A stretch of DNA of 64,000 bases from Scyliorhinus canicula (GCF_902713615.1 NC_052173.1:11160350-11224349), one strand, 5' to 3'. Positions 1-51,830 are shown, counted from the first letter of the stretch. Made by a program: numbers and translations. The notes: generated by a model from the sequence alone, not told the origin.

Positions 1-155
1 AGAGATGGGGGGAGAGAGAGAGAGAGAGATGGGGGATGAGAGAGAGAGATGGGGGGACGAGCGAGGAGTGGGATTGAGAGAGAAGAGATGGGGGGGAGAG
101 CGAGAGAGAGAGAGACGAAGATGGCTGGGAGAGAGCGGAGAGAGAGAGAGAGATG
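1..155. repeat. GA-rich low-complexity/microsatellite flanking an assembly gap
   Basis: (GA)n and GAGATGGGGG units directly before the N run; similar units at 340-374. Confidence 0.9.
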
Positions 156-311
156 NNNNNNNNNNNNNNNNNNNNNNNNNNNNNNNNNNNNNNNNNNNNN
201 NNNNNNNNNNNNNNNNNNNNNNNNNNNNNNNNNNNNNNNNNNNNNNNNNNNNNNNNNNNNNNNNNNNNNNNNNNNNNNNNNNNNNNNNNNNNNNNNNNNN
301 NNNNNNNNNNN
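156..311. other. Assembly gap (N run)
   Basis: 156 consecutive N. Confidence 1.
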
Positions 312-421
312 CATGGTGACCTGGGGTGAAGAATGCAGGGATGGGGGGGGGAGAGATGGGGGGAGAGAGAGAGATTTGTGAATGGATGCATGGTGACCTG
401 GCCTTTCCTGCTCCTGTTTAG

Positions 422-38153
<37,732 letters not shown>

Positions 38154-38627
38154 CGATTCTCCTCAGCAACCGGTACCAAAGAATTCTGGGACGCCTCTCT
38201 ATCAACACGACCTGAACCTCCCCTGCCCCTCCCCGAGAGCACTTTATACATGCTGTTTAATTATCATGCTTCTAGTCCTCAGCATATCAATACTGTAGTA
38301 GTAAGAGTTCAATATTCAGCAAGGGATTTTCAAAAGATTGTCAAATTACCCAGCCCTAGAATCAGCTCCGATTTCTTAACCATGTACGATGGGTTTGTGC
38401 CTCCTTGAATAGAGCAAAGTGTCTTAATTCAATTCTGGAATGATATAAAGCCATTTTATCTCCCTCTCCCTTGCAGCCTAGGTTCAGTGTTTGAAGGTAA
38501 GAAACCAGAGTAAGGTCTCAAAATATGAATGCACTCAGCTCATTTGATTTAGATTATTTGCCATTTAATTCACAGGATTAGTGTCATCCTTGCATCTCTT
38601 CTAGTCCTGCTAAATATTGGCATACTA

Positions 38628-38817
38628 GGGCAGCACGGTGGCCTAGTGGTTAGCACAGCTGCCTCATGGCACCGAGGTCCCAGGTTCAATCCCGGCTCTG
38701 GGTCACGGTCCGTGTGGAGTTTGCACATTCTCCCAGTGTCTGCGTGTAGGTGGATTGGCCATGCTAAATTGCCCCTTAATTGGAAAAAATAATTGGGTAA
38801 TCTAAATTTAAAAAAAA
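38628..38817 (+). mobile_element. Short V-SINE derivative in the probable kinase 3' UTR
   Basis: Poly(A); TSD AAATATTGGCATAC at 38612-38625 and 38818-38831. Confidence 0.9.
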
Positions 38818-39136
38818 AAATATTGGCATACGAAAAGTGTAACTGTGCTGACATTTTCCTCCAGGGAGATATATATGCTGCAGTACCACTAGATTCCCAA
38901 TAAGACAGTTTTGTTCAGCTCAGATATTCCCATGTCATAGGAACTTTTATCACCAATTAAAATAGGGGAAAATTGAGGCAGCGACTTAGGAAGATTAAAG
39001 AGCTCTTAATTATAAATGGTTAGTCTCATGCACATAGATCAACAGTTAACAGATTAGTTGTTACAGCAGTGAGCAGGGTTTGGAAGGAGTTCTTCCACAT
39101 TAATCCTATGGTTGGAGCCCAACAGTGACTTGTTAC

Positions 39137-39142
39137 AATAAA
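39137..39142 (+). terminator. Candidate proximal poly(A) signal for the kinase
   Basis: First AATAAA I find downstream of the stop codon (about 1 kb); usage unverified. Confidence 0.3.
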
Positions 39143-39766
39143 ACCAGCTGCTTAGAAGACCGTTCTCAGGTCAACTTAAAACATTTATAGGATTTTCCCT
39201 GCAATATTAAATTTATTACCTTGTAACAGATGCTCTTAACCTGGTTTGGGCTCATCAAAAGAATCCACAATATGAACTCAGTTTATGTAGTTCAGTCTTA
39301 TTGGTGAAAGAACTGAACAGAGGAATATGAAAACTCGTCATTATGTACCATGGCAGGATTTGAAATCTGAAATGTGGCTCCTCAATATTCTATAGCCCAT
39401 TGGCCTTATTGTGTGTGGGATCTGCCTGGACTTGATGTTTGTTCCCCCTTGGCGCACCCCACTGATCTTATTAAGTGGCTCAGCGAGGGAAACAAATAAC
39501 TTTTCTTTTTAAATCTAGAAAAGCTCTCAGCATTTCTCACTGTTTGGGTTGGAATCTAATTCATTGCACGTCTGCTTGCCTCAGAGAATGTGTTTCAGCA
39601 CCCCTGGCTCAGTGAATGAAAGGAGTCTTTCCTGTGCCAATCGAGAGCGCATCTCAATGGTCAGCCAAGGAGGGACAAGATGATGGAGGAAATGTTTGTG
39701 AGGCAGATGGTTTTTCTCAGTTGTTTAAAGCATTATTAATAGGCAGATATGATCTATATTTTTGAA

Positions 39767-39807
<41 letters not shown>
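39767..39807 (+). repeat. Poly(G) run
   Basis: About 40 consecutive G; other G/C runs at about 620-649, 20634-20655, 49247-49267 and 62999-63031. Confidence 0.9.
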
Positions 39808-39808
<1 letters not shown>

Positions 39809-41546
39809 GGAGGAGAAGTTAGAGGTCGTAAACCCTGGAAAGCAGGTGAATAATGCACCTATTCCAGAATTCTTCTATTCAATGAATGTGGCATTCCAAA
39901 GTAAAGCAGATAGAGATTGTGATGTCACAGGTTTCCTGGCTCTAGCCCAGCCACACCCCATGTGCCAGTAGTAATAGGTTCACCAAAGCAGAGGTATAGC
40001 ACCTCTGTGAATTAGACTTGAATTTGCACAAGCTTCTGCTTAAGAGTATTTATTATTCTGCACTTAGCAATGACATGATACTTCCTCTGGAGAAGAGGCA
40101 CACCTCGGTAAGAAATATCCAAGTCTCCTTAGACTTCACTACATGGAAACAAATAGCTTTCTGAATACAACTTTAATCATGCAAATCAAAAAGGATCCCT
40201 GCATCAGACCCAGAATGCTCCTGTTTTAAAGTGTGATGCACTGATTCATCCTGTGCACCGTGAAGATGATCTGAAATACAGGATTTGTGAATGGAGATCT
40301 AAACCAGTCCCCTCCAAACCACAAATTACAATTGCTGCAAGAATCCAGGTCCAATTACAGAACAGGTCAGAGTTGAGAGGTTGTAAGTTGTCTCAAGCTC
40401 AGCGTCATTGCACAGTTCAGGGACAAGAAATGGGCACTTCTCTTTGGAGTGCCAGAAGTGAGCAGATCCCCTCCAAAAAACAAGCCATGGGTCTGACAAT
40501 TTCAGGAAGTATGGAGCAGTTTGGGCCGAAGGGCCTGTCTCTGTGCCGTAGATTCTATGATTCTATATGGGGCGTAAACCCAATATAGACCAACAAGAAA
40601 TCATTCTTATGAAATGAAACCTAGAATCTGTAAAAGGTGGACAGGATTCTAGAATGTGACCAGTAAATGGGACATTTCCTGCTCAAAAGTATTTTATAGA
40701 ATTTAGTTCAGACATAAAGCTGCAGGACAACCCTCGAGTCACCAGTTGAAACTGGTCTAACTGCCCACAATGCTATGAGCCAGGCAATAGAACAAAAGCT
40801 CATTTTATCTTGGTGTGGAGTTATCTGCAAGAGTCAAGTATGTGGCCTCCAGATAGTGACTACTTACAGATGGGTTTTATTCAATCCCATTGTCAATGAA
40901 TGTCCCCAAAGACATTCTCGTACGATGTGTGGCAACCCAGAAACACAAAGCAAGAATGCTTCAGGATCGATTCCTGGCCTGTGCTGAATTAACAAACTGA
41001 AACAATTAGCATCCCTCCCAACACAGCATCCATTATAAATACACACTTGGACCATCACTTTTACCAAAGTTAACAGAATTCCCCCCCACCCCCAAGTTTA
41101 TCTGCTTCAGTCAGATTAGTGGGCGTATAGTTTATTAGAGAGAAAAAGCACTGACTGGACCCACTGCAGAGAAATACAAGAGTTCCTCTGTAAACAGAGC
41201 TAAGAGAAAGAGAGGGGGGTGCGGAAGGTGGAAGCAGTAGTACATTAATCTAAAAGCAATTTTTTTGAGGGAGCATTGTGGAGAGACAAGGGGAGGACAG
41301 GTTAAATTCTATAGGATCACTCAACAGTGCCCTATTTACTCAACATTATGGTATTTGCAAGTTCAAAAGCTGGGATACAGAATTGGCCATAGCAGAAAGT
41401 GGCACAATATGCCAGGTATTGCTGGCATTCAATTTAAAGTGGGCAAAGAGGGTGTGCATCACACTTTGTTCCAGACACAGCTATGAAATAGCCAGTATTC
41501 TGGGATTGAGACAGTTCCTTCATACCTGGAGAATATGTTATGCTGT

Positions 41547-41871
41547 ATGGTTGCCATTTGTCCAGTTTTGGACCAGGTATCCAGAGATTAAAATAGAACC
41601 TTGATGGCTGCAAGTCCAGATTTGTTGATCAACATTGTTTTAACACCAGAATTAACCTATTGGGCAAACTGATATTAAAATAAACCAAATCAAGAAACCT
41701 GGGTGCAAAAGGAATAAAAATTCCTGCATATATTGCTGCGTCATGATGTGGAAACAATTAGAGATCATTAACATTTGTGATGGATAATTCTTCAGCAGTT
41801 TAGCACACCTCAAACTTAAGCCACAATCCCACATATACCCGGTATTATTTTGGCAAAATATGGCAACCCTA
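41547..41871. mobile_element. MITE with TAGGGTTGCCA-type TIRs
   Basis: TATGGTTGCCA ... TGGCAACCCTAG. Confidence 0.55.
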
Positions 41872-43530
41872 GATGCATGATTTTGGGATCTCCAAAGCAT
41901 AGAAGGGAAACCAAGTTGTGTTCAGTAACCATTAAGTGCACGATTGAGGAAAGTGCCTTGTATTGCTGCTTTCCATGAAGGAGGACTTGGTACTAGATGT
42001 GTATGAACCATTGTACGGATTTATTAGTATACGGGTTTCAATGTATTAATGCTGCTGTTGTTTACATCCCATGGGTACTGGGTATACTGTATCCTCATGG
42101 AAGACTGCAAAAATTGTGACTAATATTTTATTTAAATGTCCTTGACATGAATGTGGGGAATTGCAAAAGAATTCTACCATTTTGCAAATGATTTTTGTTC
42201 TTAGACATTGTAAAAATGTGCCAGCAAAAAGCTTGTTGCACTAATGTAAAAGCTCTTACTATGGCAGTGACATGTGCAGTTGTGTTTTGTTGATTATGTA
42301 TCTGGCCTTACATTTTGCAAACACTTATCTCCACATGTATTACTGTTGTTACAGTATGAAGCTGACACGGTCCTGGATCGATCTGTTCTCCAAACCTAAA
42401 CCACAGACCATGGCAGAGAGGGGGATGGTTAAATTTAGATACAAGCAGATCTGTTCAGGACCAGTTCCAAGTTGGAGCGCTCCTCCAGCGCTTAAGTACT
42501 TCAAAAGGTGAGGATTGCAGACGTGTAAAACACCACCACAATACCCATATAGCAGTGAAAGTTCCAGCTACCTTGTGGAAAACAGCCTTTTAGATGAAAC
42601 AAACTTGTATCCATAATTAAAACTTGCACACTTCAGCCCTAGCATCAATCCCAGATCTGGGTGGGATGCTAAAGTAGGCCTCAGTACCCTTGGCCTTGGA
42701 AGTAGTATAGGGCCACCACATCCTTCTCTTCCAATTAAGACCCTCCTCTGACCAAGAATTTACTTACCCCCTCATCTCTGCCTTCGTTTCATTATTGCGG
42801 TTTTGATTGACTGCGTTCCTCAGAAGCACCGTGGGACAATCTGCACAAAGATATTTGCACTAGAACCAGACATTCACAGCACAGAAGAGGGAACATTTAG
42901 CCCATGTGTCTTGTTCCGAGTTAGTGCAGACACATCGAACCCACTTCCTGCAGCCCGAAATGTGTTTAAAGATAAATGCTGGTTTGAATGGAGCTTTTAC
43001 CGTGTTCTCCAGAAAATGACCAGACAGTCACTGCTCAACCCAGGCTGGTTTCAAACTGACTTAAGATGGGGTTCTGGCCTTTGATTGCTATCCTTCAATC
43101 TCTGTTGGGAGAGTGCCCAATAAAGGCCTTCATAAACATGCAATCATGGAAACAATGTTTACTGAGGCGGTGCTACATGTCAAAACATTACACAAAGTTG
43201 GTCAATTGCAATAGTTCCAAAGTGAGTAGCTGATGACAATATAGTAAAGATCCATTGGCCACAACTTACAAATCATCTCCACACATGACATGTGTGCACC
43301 TCTAAAACAAAACCAATTGTTTGGCAGCTACTTAAAATCAGACACTGGACCCTTTACATACGTGGAGGAGGCGCCCAACACTTGTTTTAGTTCTACCTGC
43401 TGAAATAGAACAGGGCTGAGTGGAGACTACACCAGGCCGGCTCTGGTCACCATTTTTGAGTGGTGGAATGCTTGAAGAGTGCATTTTTTCCAAAAACTTG
43501 TTGGGCGAGGAGCCAAGGGAGCTGCTCCGG

Positions 43531-43737
43531 CTGAACAATAGCCCAATCGCCCCCACTGCCACTGCCCAGCTGCTGTGACTGAACAATAGCCCAATCGCCC
43601 CCACTGCCACTGCCCAGCTGCTGTGACTGTACAATCGCCCGCACTAACATTGCCCAAGAGAGCTGCTCAGACTGTAAAATAGCCCAGTTGCCCCCACTTC
43701 CACTGCCCAGGAGAGCTGCTCTGGCTATACAATAGCT
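43531..43737. repeat. 48-bp minisatellite, two exact units plus degenerate units
   Basis: CTGAACAATAGCCCAATCGCCCCCACTGCCACTGCCCAGCTGCTGTGA at 43531-43578 and 43579-43626. Confidence 0.9.
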
Positions 43738-44724
43738 TGGTACTTAGCTCCAGAATGCTGTCAGATATTCATTTTCTTAAATGGTGAGCTACTTGTGGAG
43801 CAAATCTCAGTAATGAGAGCCAAGGTCCAACTAGGCCTCCCAGCTGGCACTTGTGCACATATCAGGCCTGAAAACAGATGAAAAGGAATTTCAATCAGTC
43901 ACTCAAATCATTGTGTGGGATGGGACAGAGAGAAAACAGCTTTGGATAGGATTGGTATCTACATGTTCATGTTGAGACAGCGATAGTAAAATATCACAAA
44001 ATCCAGAGTAAAAATGAGTTACATTTTCATACTATTAAGAGTTCATGTAGAAAGGTTTACACTTCAACCCTCAACTTTAGTCTCATCGGACAGCACTGGG
44101 CCCCATCTACAAACAGCAATCTCATTGCAGTCCCAACAGCAAATGTTGAGAAGCCCAATAAGGGATGACAACCCTAAATTATACCAGGTGAGCAGAAAAC
44201 TTAATTCGGCCCAGGAGGGGAAGGATGTATAAATATTTGTCATTTTGTGTAAAAGAAAAATGACAGTTGACGTGGATGCATCTTAAAAACACACCAAACA
44301 ACATCTCAGCTTTATGCTTCAAAAGGCAACTGTACAACAACCAGCACTTTGTGCCATAGAAAGAGCTTTGGTCAACTGGTCGGAGTTACGATGTGGTTTA
44401 CGATCTTTTGTTCGCTCCCTGTCCTTCATTCCATGTTATCCAAGTAACACGACAAGTAAAGTCACAGCAATCCAATTGTTCAGAGTCTCTGCACTAATTA
44501 ATTGCATCTTCACTTCATGAAAACAAGCATTTGTGGTCAAGTATTCTCTCCGTAGCGCACAACATGGACTAGTTCTCAATGGAGACCTGGGACTCTGTTT
44601 AATGTAGTTATGTACCAACGTCATGTTTAAGCTATTCTCACAACTAGAGTTAAATATTCAAAATCTCACCTTTAAAATCGGTTGCAAGAATCGGCTTGGC
44701 TCCATCAATTGTACGCCCAAAGGT

Positions 44725-45105
44725 CATGGATTTAAGCTACTACCAACACAAGCACACATGTTGGGCCAACATTTCAGAGCAGTACTGTGGGCATTGCTGG
44801 AAATGCCATCTTTGTGGATACTATGCTAAACCAAGCATTCATCTACCTGCTTGGGTGGATGCAAATCTCTCTTTGAGGAAGAGCAGGGAGTTGCCCCAGA
44901 GCCCTGGCCATCCTTCCTCTAATCAACGCAAATGATGCTTTATCGGGCTACTCATTATTTGCTGTTTGTGGAGCCTTGCTGTGATACAAATTGGCTGCTG
45001 AATTTGCCGACATTAGAGTGACACCCACTTCAAAAAGTAATCCATTGGTTGCAAAGCACTTTGGGACATAGAGGACGCAAAAGGCGCTAAAGTTCATTCA
45101 TGCTT
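44725..45105 (+). mobile_element. Deu-domain SINE
   Basis: TTGCTGTTTGTGGAGCCTTGCTGTGATACAAATTGGCTGC core and tail. Confidence 0.72.
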
Positions 45106-46109
45106 TCTGCTTGGTATTTTCTATTGATCAATACAAAATAGTGCCACCGACAAAATTCCATGCTAAGATTCTCCCAAAGGATTTAGCCTCCAAAAGCTTA
45201 ACAGTGTGACCAACCCTAGTCAAACCTCCAGGCCCATGAAATCAACAAGAAATACAAGCGCAAATAGAATAAATGTCCCTAAGCTATGTTGATTGCCAAG
45301 GGCTTGCAGGTTGTAATTTGGATACCAGGAGATGTTGTGCTCATTCAGCAAAAACAAACGGTTCGTCCCGAAGTTCTAGGAAAAACAAATCCAGATGTTA
45401 CCAGAAGGTCAATGGAGATGATTTCTGCTCCAGCTGTGTCTAAATGAGACGACAAAGGTTGTGGATGAAGCTGCTGAGGATGAACAAAAAAAGCATTGTA
45501 ACAAATGAAGGACCAATTAGTGGAAGAACCATGGAAGTACTGGGATCAAAGACTCCATGTCCCCCGATCACCAAGAATCAAAAGCAGCACCCGACCTCCA
45601 TCAAACTGCATGACAACTGACAAATCAGTTTGACAGGACACCTCAGGATCAAGGTGACAAGAGTTAATCTCTATTTGATACGAACATTTCATGCTTTTCC
45701 CCATCTCTAAATTTAGAGTGGAGAGAGAGGGAGAAAGAACGTTTGGAAGATTCAGAAAGTTCAAATGTGTTTGGAGGAATTCTAAAAAGAGAATGTTAAA
45801 AAGTTCGAAATAACAAAGTAGCTCTCCAAAAAAAGATTTGGGCACAAATTGGAACATCAAGAATGGTTAAGAATTTAATGAACCTCAAGTGAAATTTGTA
45901 AAGTCTATCAAAACTTTGTTAATAGCTTTAAGTCTCTGAACCCAGAGACAGCAAACCGTATAGAAAAAAGATGACGTGCAAGGTGCAAGGTTAGCTAACC
46001 TAGGATAACACAGCTGAGCAAAAGCAACTACTAGAGATTTTGTAACTCACCAAAAGCATTCCTGAAAAGCAGAATACCCCACCTACAAGAGCCAGATTTA
46101 AAAACGCTT

Positions 46110-46415
46110 ACTTGCTTACAGGATGTGGGTATCGCTGGCAGGGCCAGCATTTATTGCCCATCCCTAATTGCCCCTTGAGAAGGTGATGGTGAGCTGCCTT
46201 CTTGAACTTCTGCAGTCCATGTGGTGTAGGTACAGTGCTGTTAGGGAGAAAATGCCAGGATTTTGACCCAGCAACAGTGAAGGAACAGCCATATATTTCC
46301 AAGTCAGGATGGTTTGTGGCTTGGAGGGGAATTTGCAAGTGGTGGTGTTCCCATGCATCTGCTGTCCTTGTCCCAAGTTGGAGAGGTCATGGGTTTGGAA
46401 GGTGTTTTCAAAGGA
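46110..46415 (-). mobile_element. 3' end of the same LINE family as 32400-33842
   Basis: Reverse complement matches 33550-33835. Confidence 0.8.
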
Positions 46416-47816
46416 ACACCTAAGGAAGGGGACATACAATTTATGTTTTTATTTCAGATGAATTGCCAAGTGCTGAAAGATCAGTGACACATTTAATATG
46501 AAACATAACCCTGCAAAGCAATACTGCACTCTTGGGCTTTGAATATAGCTCTCCAATACAGTCATTAAGCAAAGCCCAGCTAATACTATGATACACTGGA
46601 CATTTAGGGCGAAGCAGTTAATGTAATTCTCGATGCTTAAGCTTGTGATGATTAGACATGCTATAAATGTTAAATAAAGTAATGTCATTGATGTACCTCT
46701 TTGCTGATTTCATCTGTGATCACTGACAAGTAAAATTACTGCACCCAGGAATTCAGTTTGGTTTGGCTCATGTAACTAATTTGGACTGGTTATAGATCTA
46801 GGACGAACCAAGCTTGACATCTTGCAAATTTTAGGAATGATAAACTCCAACAGGAAAGGAATAAGAAAAGAGAAAAATATTTTTCCCACACACCTTTGAA
46901 AAACACTGATGACATGGCTAACAAATTCACCATACATTCCATTCCAAAGGGAGGGAAAGAAGTTTATTTTACAAGAACTGGCAAAACCCCTCTGGGCCAA
47001 TTCACAGCGTGGTTATTTATCCAAGAGATTAAAAATGAGACAGAATAGAAGCAGGAAGCTGGGATCTGAAGTAGACCACAGGACATGGTCACAGGTGGCC
47101 TGCTTTAGGGCAGCTTAGTTTACAATGTTATATCGCACTATGGGAGACATTTATAGAATGTGTGGCAGACAGAGTGTGTGAACAATTATTACATTTAAAG
47201 ACACAAGAGTGGGGTAAGGCACTTTCAAAACCAGTTTAACACATTTTACAGCTCCCCACCCACCACTACCACCCAATTATCAACTGTGGTATGGCTTGGT
47301 ACATAATAGTTCGCTGATCAAACACATGTATCCGTGTTATTTACTGCAGTGTAAACTTTCTACACTAAGCAATGCAATATTAATCACAGGGCCAGAAATG
47401 GTTTGAGATTCATTAGATGGTAATGCTGTGCACTTCTATGTAAAACATGACATTTTCATTCTTCCATTGAGGAGAGCACCACTCAGGTCAGAATGTGTAG
47501 AGGGGAGCTGCAAACAGACCACAGTTGGAGCTCTCCAGTTTGGAGCATATGCAGTGTGCTGTACGAAGGTATCAACACCAATTCAAATACTGTCCTGCTC
47601 TGCAATTTCCAGCACTGCCACAACTTGGGATGGAAATGTGGGTAGTGCAGGATGCATAGAAATTCCAGGAACAGAGAGCAGCGGATGGATTGTTTTTTGT
47701 TGCATGAAACATAGGGCCTCACTAATGGGAAGCCAAGGGGTGATAAAAGTGATAAAAATACCTGGTTTTCAGACTGCTTTAACATTCCAATTAAAAATAT
47801 AAAAAAATAAATTTTG

Positions 47817-48440
47817 GGGCAGCATGGCGGCACAGTGGTTAGCACTGCAGCCTCACGGCGCCGAGGTCCCAGTTTCAATCCCAGCTCTGGGTCACTGTCC
47901 GTGTGGAGTTTGCACATTTTCCCCGTGTTTGCGTGGGTTTCACCCCCACAACCCAAAGATGTGCAGGGTAGGTGGATTGAACACGCTAAATTGCTCCTTA
48001 TTTGGAAAAAAATAATTGGGTACACTAAATTTTTTTTTAAAATTAAATAAATTTAGAGTACCTAATTATTGTTGTCCAATTAAAAGAACGGCACAGTGGC
48101 GCAGTGGTTAGCACTGCTACCTCAGTGCCGAGGTTCGATCCTGGCTCTGGGTCACTGTACGTGTGGAGTTTGTACATTCTTCCCACGTTTGCATAGGTTT
48201 CTTCCCCACAACCCAAAGATGTGCAGATTAGGTGGATTGGCCACGCTAAATTGCCCCTTAATTGGACAATTAAAAAAAAATTAGAATACCCAATTCATTT
48301 TCATTGTGGGGGTGAGACCCACGCAGACACGGGGAGAATGTGCAAACACCACACGGACAGTGACCCGGGGCTGGGATGGAACGCGGGTCCTCAGCGCCGT
48401 GAGGCAGCAGTGCTAACCACTGCACCACCGTGCCGCCCCA
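47817..48440. mobile_element. Cluster of three short V-SINE copies (+, +, -)
   Basis: 47817-48040 (+), 48087-48280 (+), 48281-48440 (-), plus an orphan inverted tail at about 48045-48085. Confidence 0.85.
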
Positions 48441-49079
48441 ACTGAATAATACACATCCAAAATATGCAGCCAACTGCATTAGTGCACACACAGGTTTATT
48501 CTTTTAAATAAAGGATTCCCTCCTCTACTAAGATTTGGTGCAAGTGTAAAAGAGGGCACCACAATGAGAGCACAGGGGAGAAACCAAAAGATATTTGTAC
48601 ATCGCGTACAACATAAAGCAAGCCAAGTCAAACATTACATCAGTTGTGCTCATTTTTCTGAGCTGACCGATACAAAATAATCAACAGTGAACAAATAATG
48701 ATCTGTTACTCATTATTGGACGACAGGCATCTGAATCACTTCAACTGCATAAATCCTAAAATCCTCGACACTAAACTAGTCCTAGTCTAGGACTATTTAT
48801 TCATATGTTGTGATTTATTGCACATCAAGTTGGTCATCTGGTCAAATGGTCTGCAGGAATTTTTTTTGAAGAGGGGTTGAGGGAGGGGGAGAAAAGAGCA
48901 CCTGGATGTTATGTCCATCCATTTACAACAGATGGCCATCTGAGCAAGGTCCCACAGGATCACCAGCAACCATATCCAAACAAAAGTCAATGGGCACGAT
49001 CCAACAGAAAAGTTTCCAAGTGCCACTGCAGGCGGGTTTGGCTGGAGGTTTCTCCCCAGCTCTGTCAGTGAGTTCCCCA

Positions 49080-49505
49080 CTACCATCTAACCACTCGCAG
49101 TCACGTTTTCTGGCCCTGGGGAGTTTTCCCCAGGCTAGCCAAAACGTAATATTATTTTCCAACACCAGGGAGCTGAACTCGTTGGCCAGACCGGCTCCTC
49201 AGAGATCGGACCACCATTTTAATGTCGTTGTGACTCGACTCTCTCTTCCCCCCCCCCCCCCCCCCCCAAAAGGTGCCATTCCGCCTGGTCCACGTTCGTG
49301 TGGACCAGTACTGAACAGTGCCCAGCTGGGATCTCCCTGGGGAGGCCTGTAGATGCCGGGAGCCGAATAGATTCGAAGTGTGAGAGACTGGGTCCCGCAC
49401 ACTGTCGATAGGATCCCGATTGCGATGCCTCCCAGATGTCATGAGGCGTAAAGCCCAGGGGAGGCCTCTCCCAACATCTACCGCTGCGTCGCGCCCAACG
49501 ACTGT
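49080..49505. mobile_element. GC-rich MITE-like remnant
   Basis: CpG-rich island in AT-rich DNA, similar in style to the 34255-34625 insert; termini unclear. Confidence 0.4.
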
Positions 49506-50084
49506 GAAATGTGTCAAAAATCATGCAGCATAGGAAGAGGTCATTTGGCCTAATGTCTCAGTGCCATATCTTTGAAAGAGTGATTCAATTCATTGCACCC
49601 TCTTGCTCTTTCCTCTCAGCCTGGAAATTTCTTTGTTTGGCACCTGCCTTCCATGTCCCCTGTGGTGAATGGTGGGCACAGACCTGCATGGCACAAAACC
49701 AAACCTGCTATCAATACAGCATTTCTCCCTTAAAAACGTTTGTATAGACCCCAGAAAATCTGAATTGGTGCAAGATCGGCAAAAGCAGCTTAATGGTTAT
49801 TTTAAGAGCGCTCAAACACTGGATCTTCAAACATGTACACAAATCAAAGAAGTGATGAGCATCTTCTTACTATGAGCATCTTACTGGACACCTGTGGGAT
49901 AAGTATGATGGTGAGATTTGTGCTCTGTTAATCGTGGGGTCAAAGTAAATTGTCAGGATAATGTTGAAAGGTATGCAATGCACTCTGCTCAAACTTACTA
50001 TTTAAGGTTAAACCCTCCCAGTTCAGTGACACTGGATGCAAAATGGAAATAAAAAGACATTGTGCAATCATCTTTATACTGAAG

Positions 50085-50090
50085 TTTATT
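50085..50090 (-). terminator. Candidate LIMA1 poly(A) signal (3' UTR about 2.3 kb)
   Basis: TTTATT on + (AATAAA on -) at the end of an AT-rich, TE-poor stretch; alternatives at 50987-50992 and 48495-48500. Confidence 0.45.
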
Positions 50091-51830
50091 ATTCATTACA
50101 TGCTAAACAGAAATCACGACACAGACAATACACAATTGTAAAATAGAGCTCGAAAAGAAAGTCAACAGCATTGATCAAGTAATTCTTTTTACTACATAAT
50201 TAACTTCTCTACATTTGATTACTTTGAATGTTTCTAAACTGCTCTTAGTGTCTTTGAACAAGAATCAATGGATAGAGAACTGGGGTGCAGCAGGCCAAAG
50301 CTCTATCCATGCATTTCTGGGATTTGGGTTGGATTCCAGCCTGGATTAATGGGATGAAAATCTTACCTCATTTTCTGGTTGCAGCAGGTTTACAGGGGAG
50401 GCGTTTTGAGTAGTTTCAGTTCCTGATGTAGACCTGGTGTCACAATACAAAACAGTTCCCAATTTAACACTAAACTGACAGACAGCCTGTTGAGGCTGGC
50501 TGGTGTCAAAATGCAGAAAAACAAAGTAAAATGTGTTATTTAGAGATTGGAGTCAACAGACGTTTGTTGGAATAGATGGAGATCCATTTGGCATCTGATG
50601 AACACGGGGCACTCGAGCAAAAAAAAGTATTCAGATTCCCCAGCGCCATGAAGTGGGGAGGGGAAAGACACATGAAAGTTTAGTGCATTCTCAATTCCAA
50701 ATGAACGGGGGTCATGGGGGGGTTTAATGTTCGAGCCATTACAGATCCACAGTAACTATTTACCTGCAGTAAAAGTGAGAACCATCATTTAAACATCAAG
50801 TGTAGTGTAATAAAAAGACTGACTTTACCAACGCCACTTAAATCACCTTAAACCAAAACAGGTGCCAGAAGGCTGTAGTGGTGTATCCAATACTACAGAG
50901 AAAACACATTACAATATTGTGCAGTGTTTTGAGTATTGGAATGTCAGAAGATTAAAATTGCATTGCTCCATAAACCATAGCACAAATTTATTACCCAATT
51001 CTTCACATTCCATCTAAAATAGCTACAGTAAAATCAAATCACTTCATATCTTCAACAGCATTTTGACCCCCACATATATGCTGTCAATATGTTAAAGCAA
51101 TTTTACGTATAAAAGCATACAGCATTACACAAGAAATTCTAAAACAGGATTGAAGGGCGGGGAACAAAGCAAGGTTGAGGAATTTACAATGTTTGAAGAC
51201 TAAAGTCAGGTTTACAGCCCACAATGTTGCTATTAAAGTGGTGTTATTCTAATGCTTCCATTTTCATCTTTCTGGAATCAGTTACACAATTCCAAAATCA
51301 AACATGGCATTTTTAAAACGACAAGATTACAGAGCTGCTAAAGAGTGGGCCCATCCAATCTTCCCTTTGATTTTTAGAATCATCTTTGGAGCTACAAAAT
51401 TGGAAAGTGTTATTAAAGGGAAGTGTTTGAAGTCGGGATCATTATGGTTGCTCAGCTATTATAATAGAGGAACCACCCTGTCATGCCTGCTGAATGTACT
51501 CAATCCATTAACAAATGGGCTCAATTTTCAGAATTCACAGAACCAAATACAGCACAGCCTCCAACAAAACTTCATTGTAAGGTTTATATGTAGGCAAGTG
51601 CATGGCAACAAGGTAGGTGATGCCCAGCTACCTTCAACTTAAAGACGTCCATTACTGTTCCACCACTGTTGGTAATCAAGGTGTATTGGAATACACTCTG
51701 GTTCTTAAATGCTTCCATTATTTCTTGATGAGAAACATTGACAGACTATGTGGAGGGGGCATTAAGAGTGAAGTGAACACAAATGTGGAATGGAGTTTAG
51801 TTAGAACCGTTAGACGTTTCTTTACAAAAA

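Noticed and set aside
5-381. ORFs spanning the N gap
   Set aside because: Artefacts of low-complexity sequence and unknown bases.
38154-50040. A B3GALT1 paralog between the genes, as in the XIRP2-B3GALT1-STK39 block
   Set aside because: No long ORF or galactosyltransferase motif is visible; a tBLASTn search would be needed to exclude a decayed remnant.
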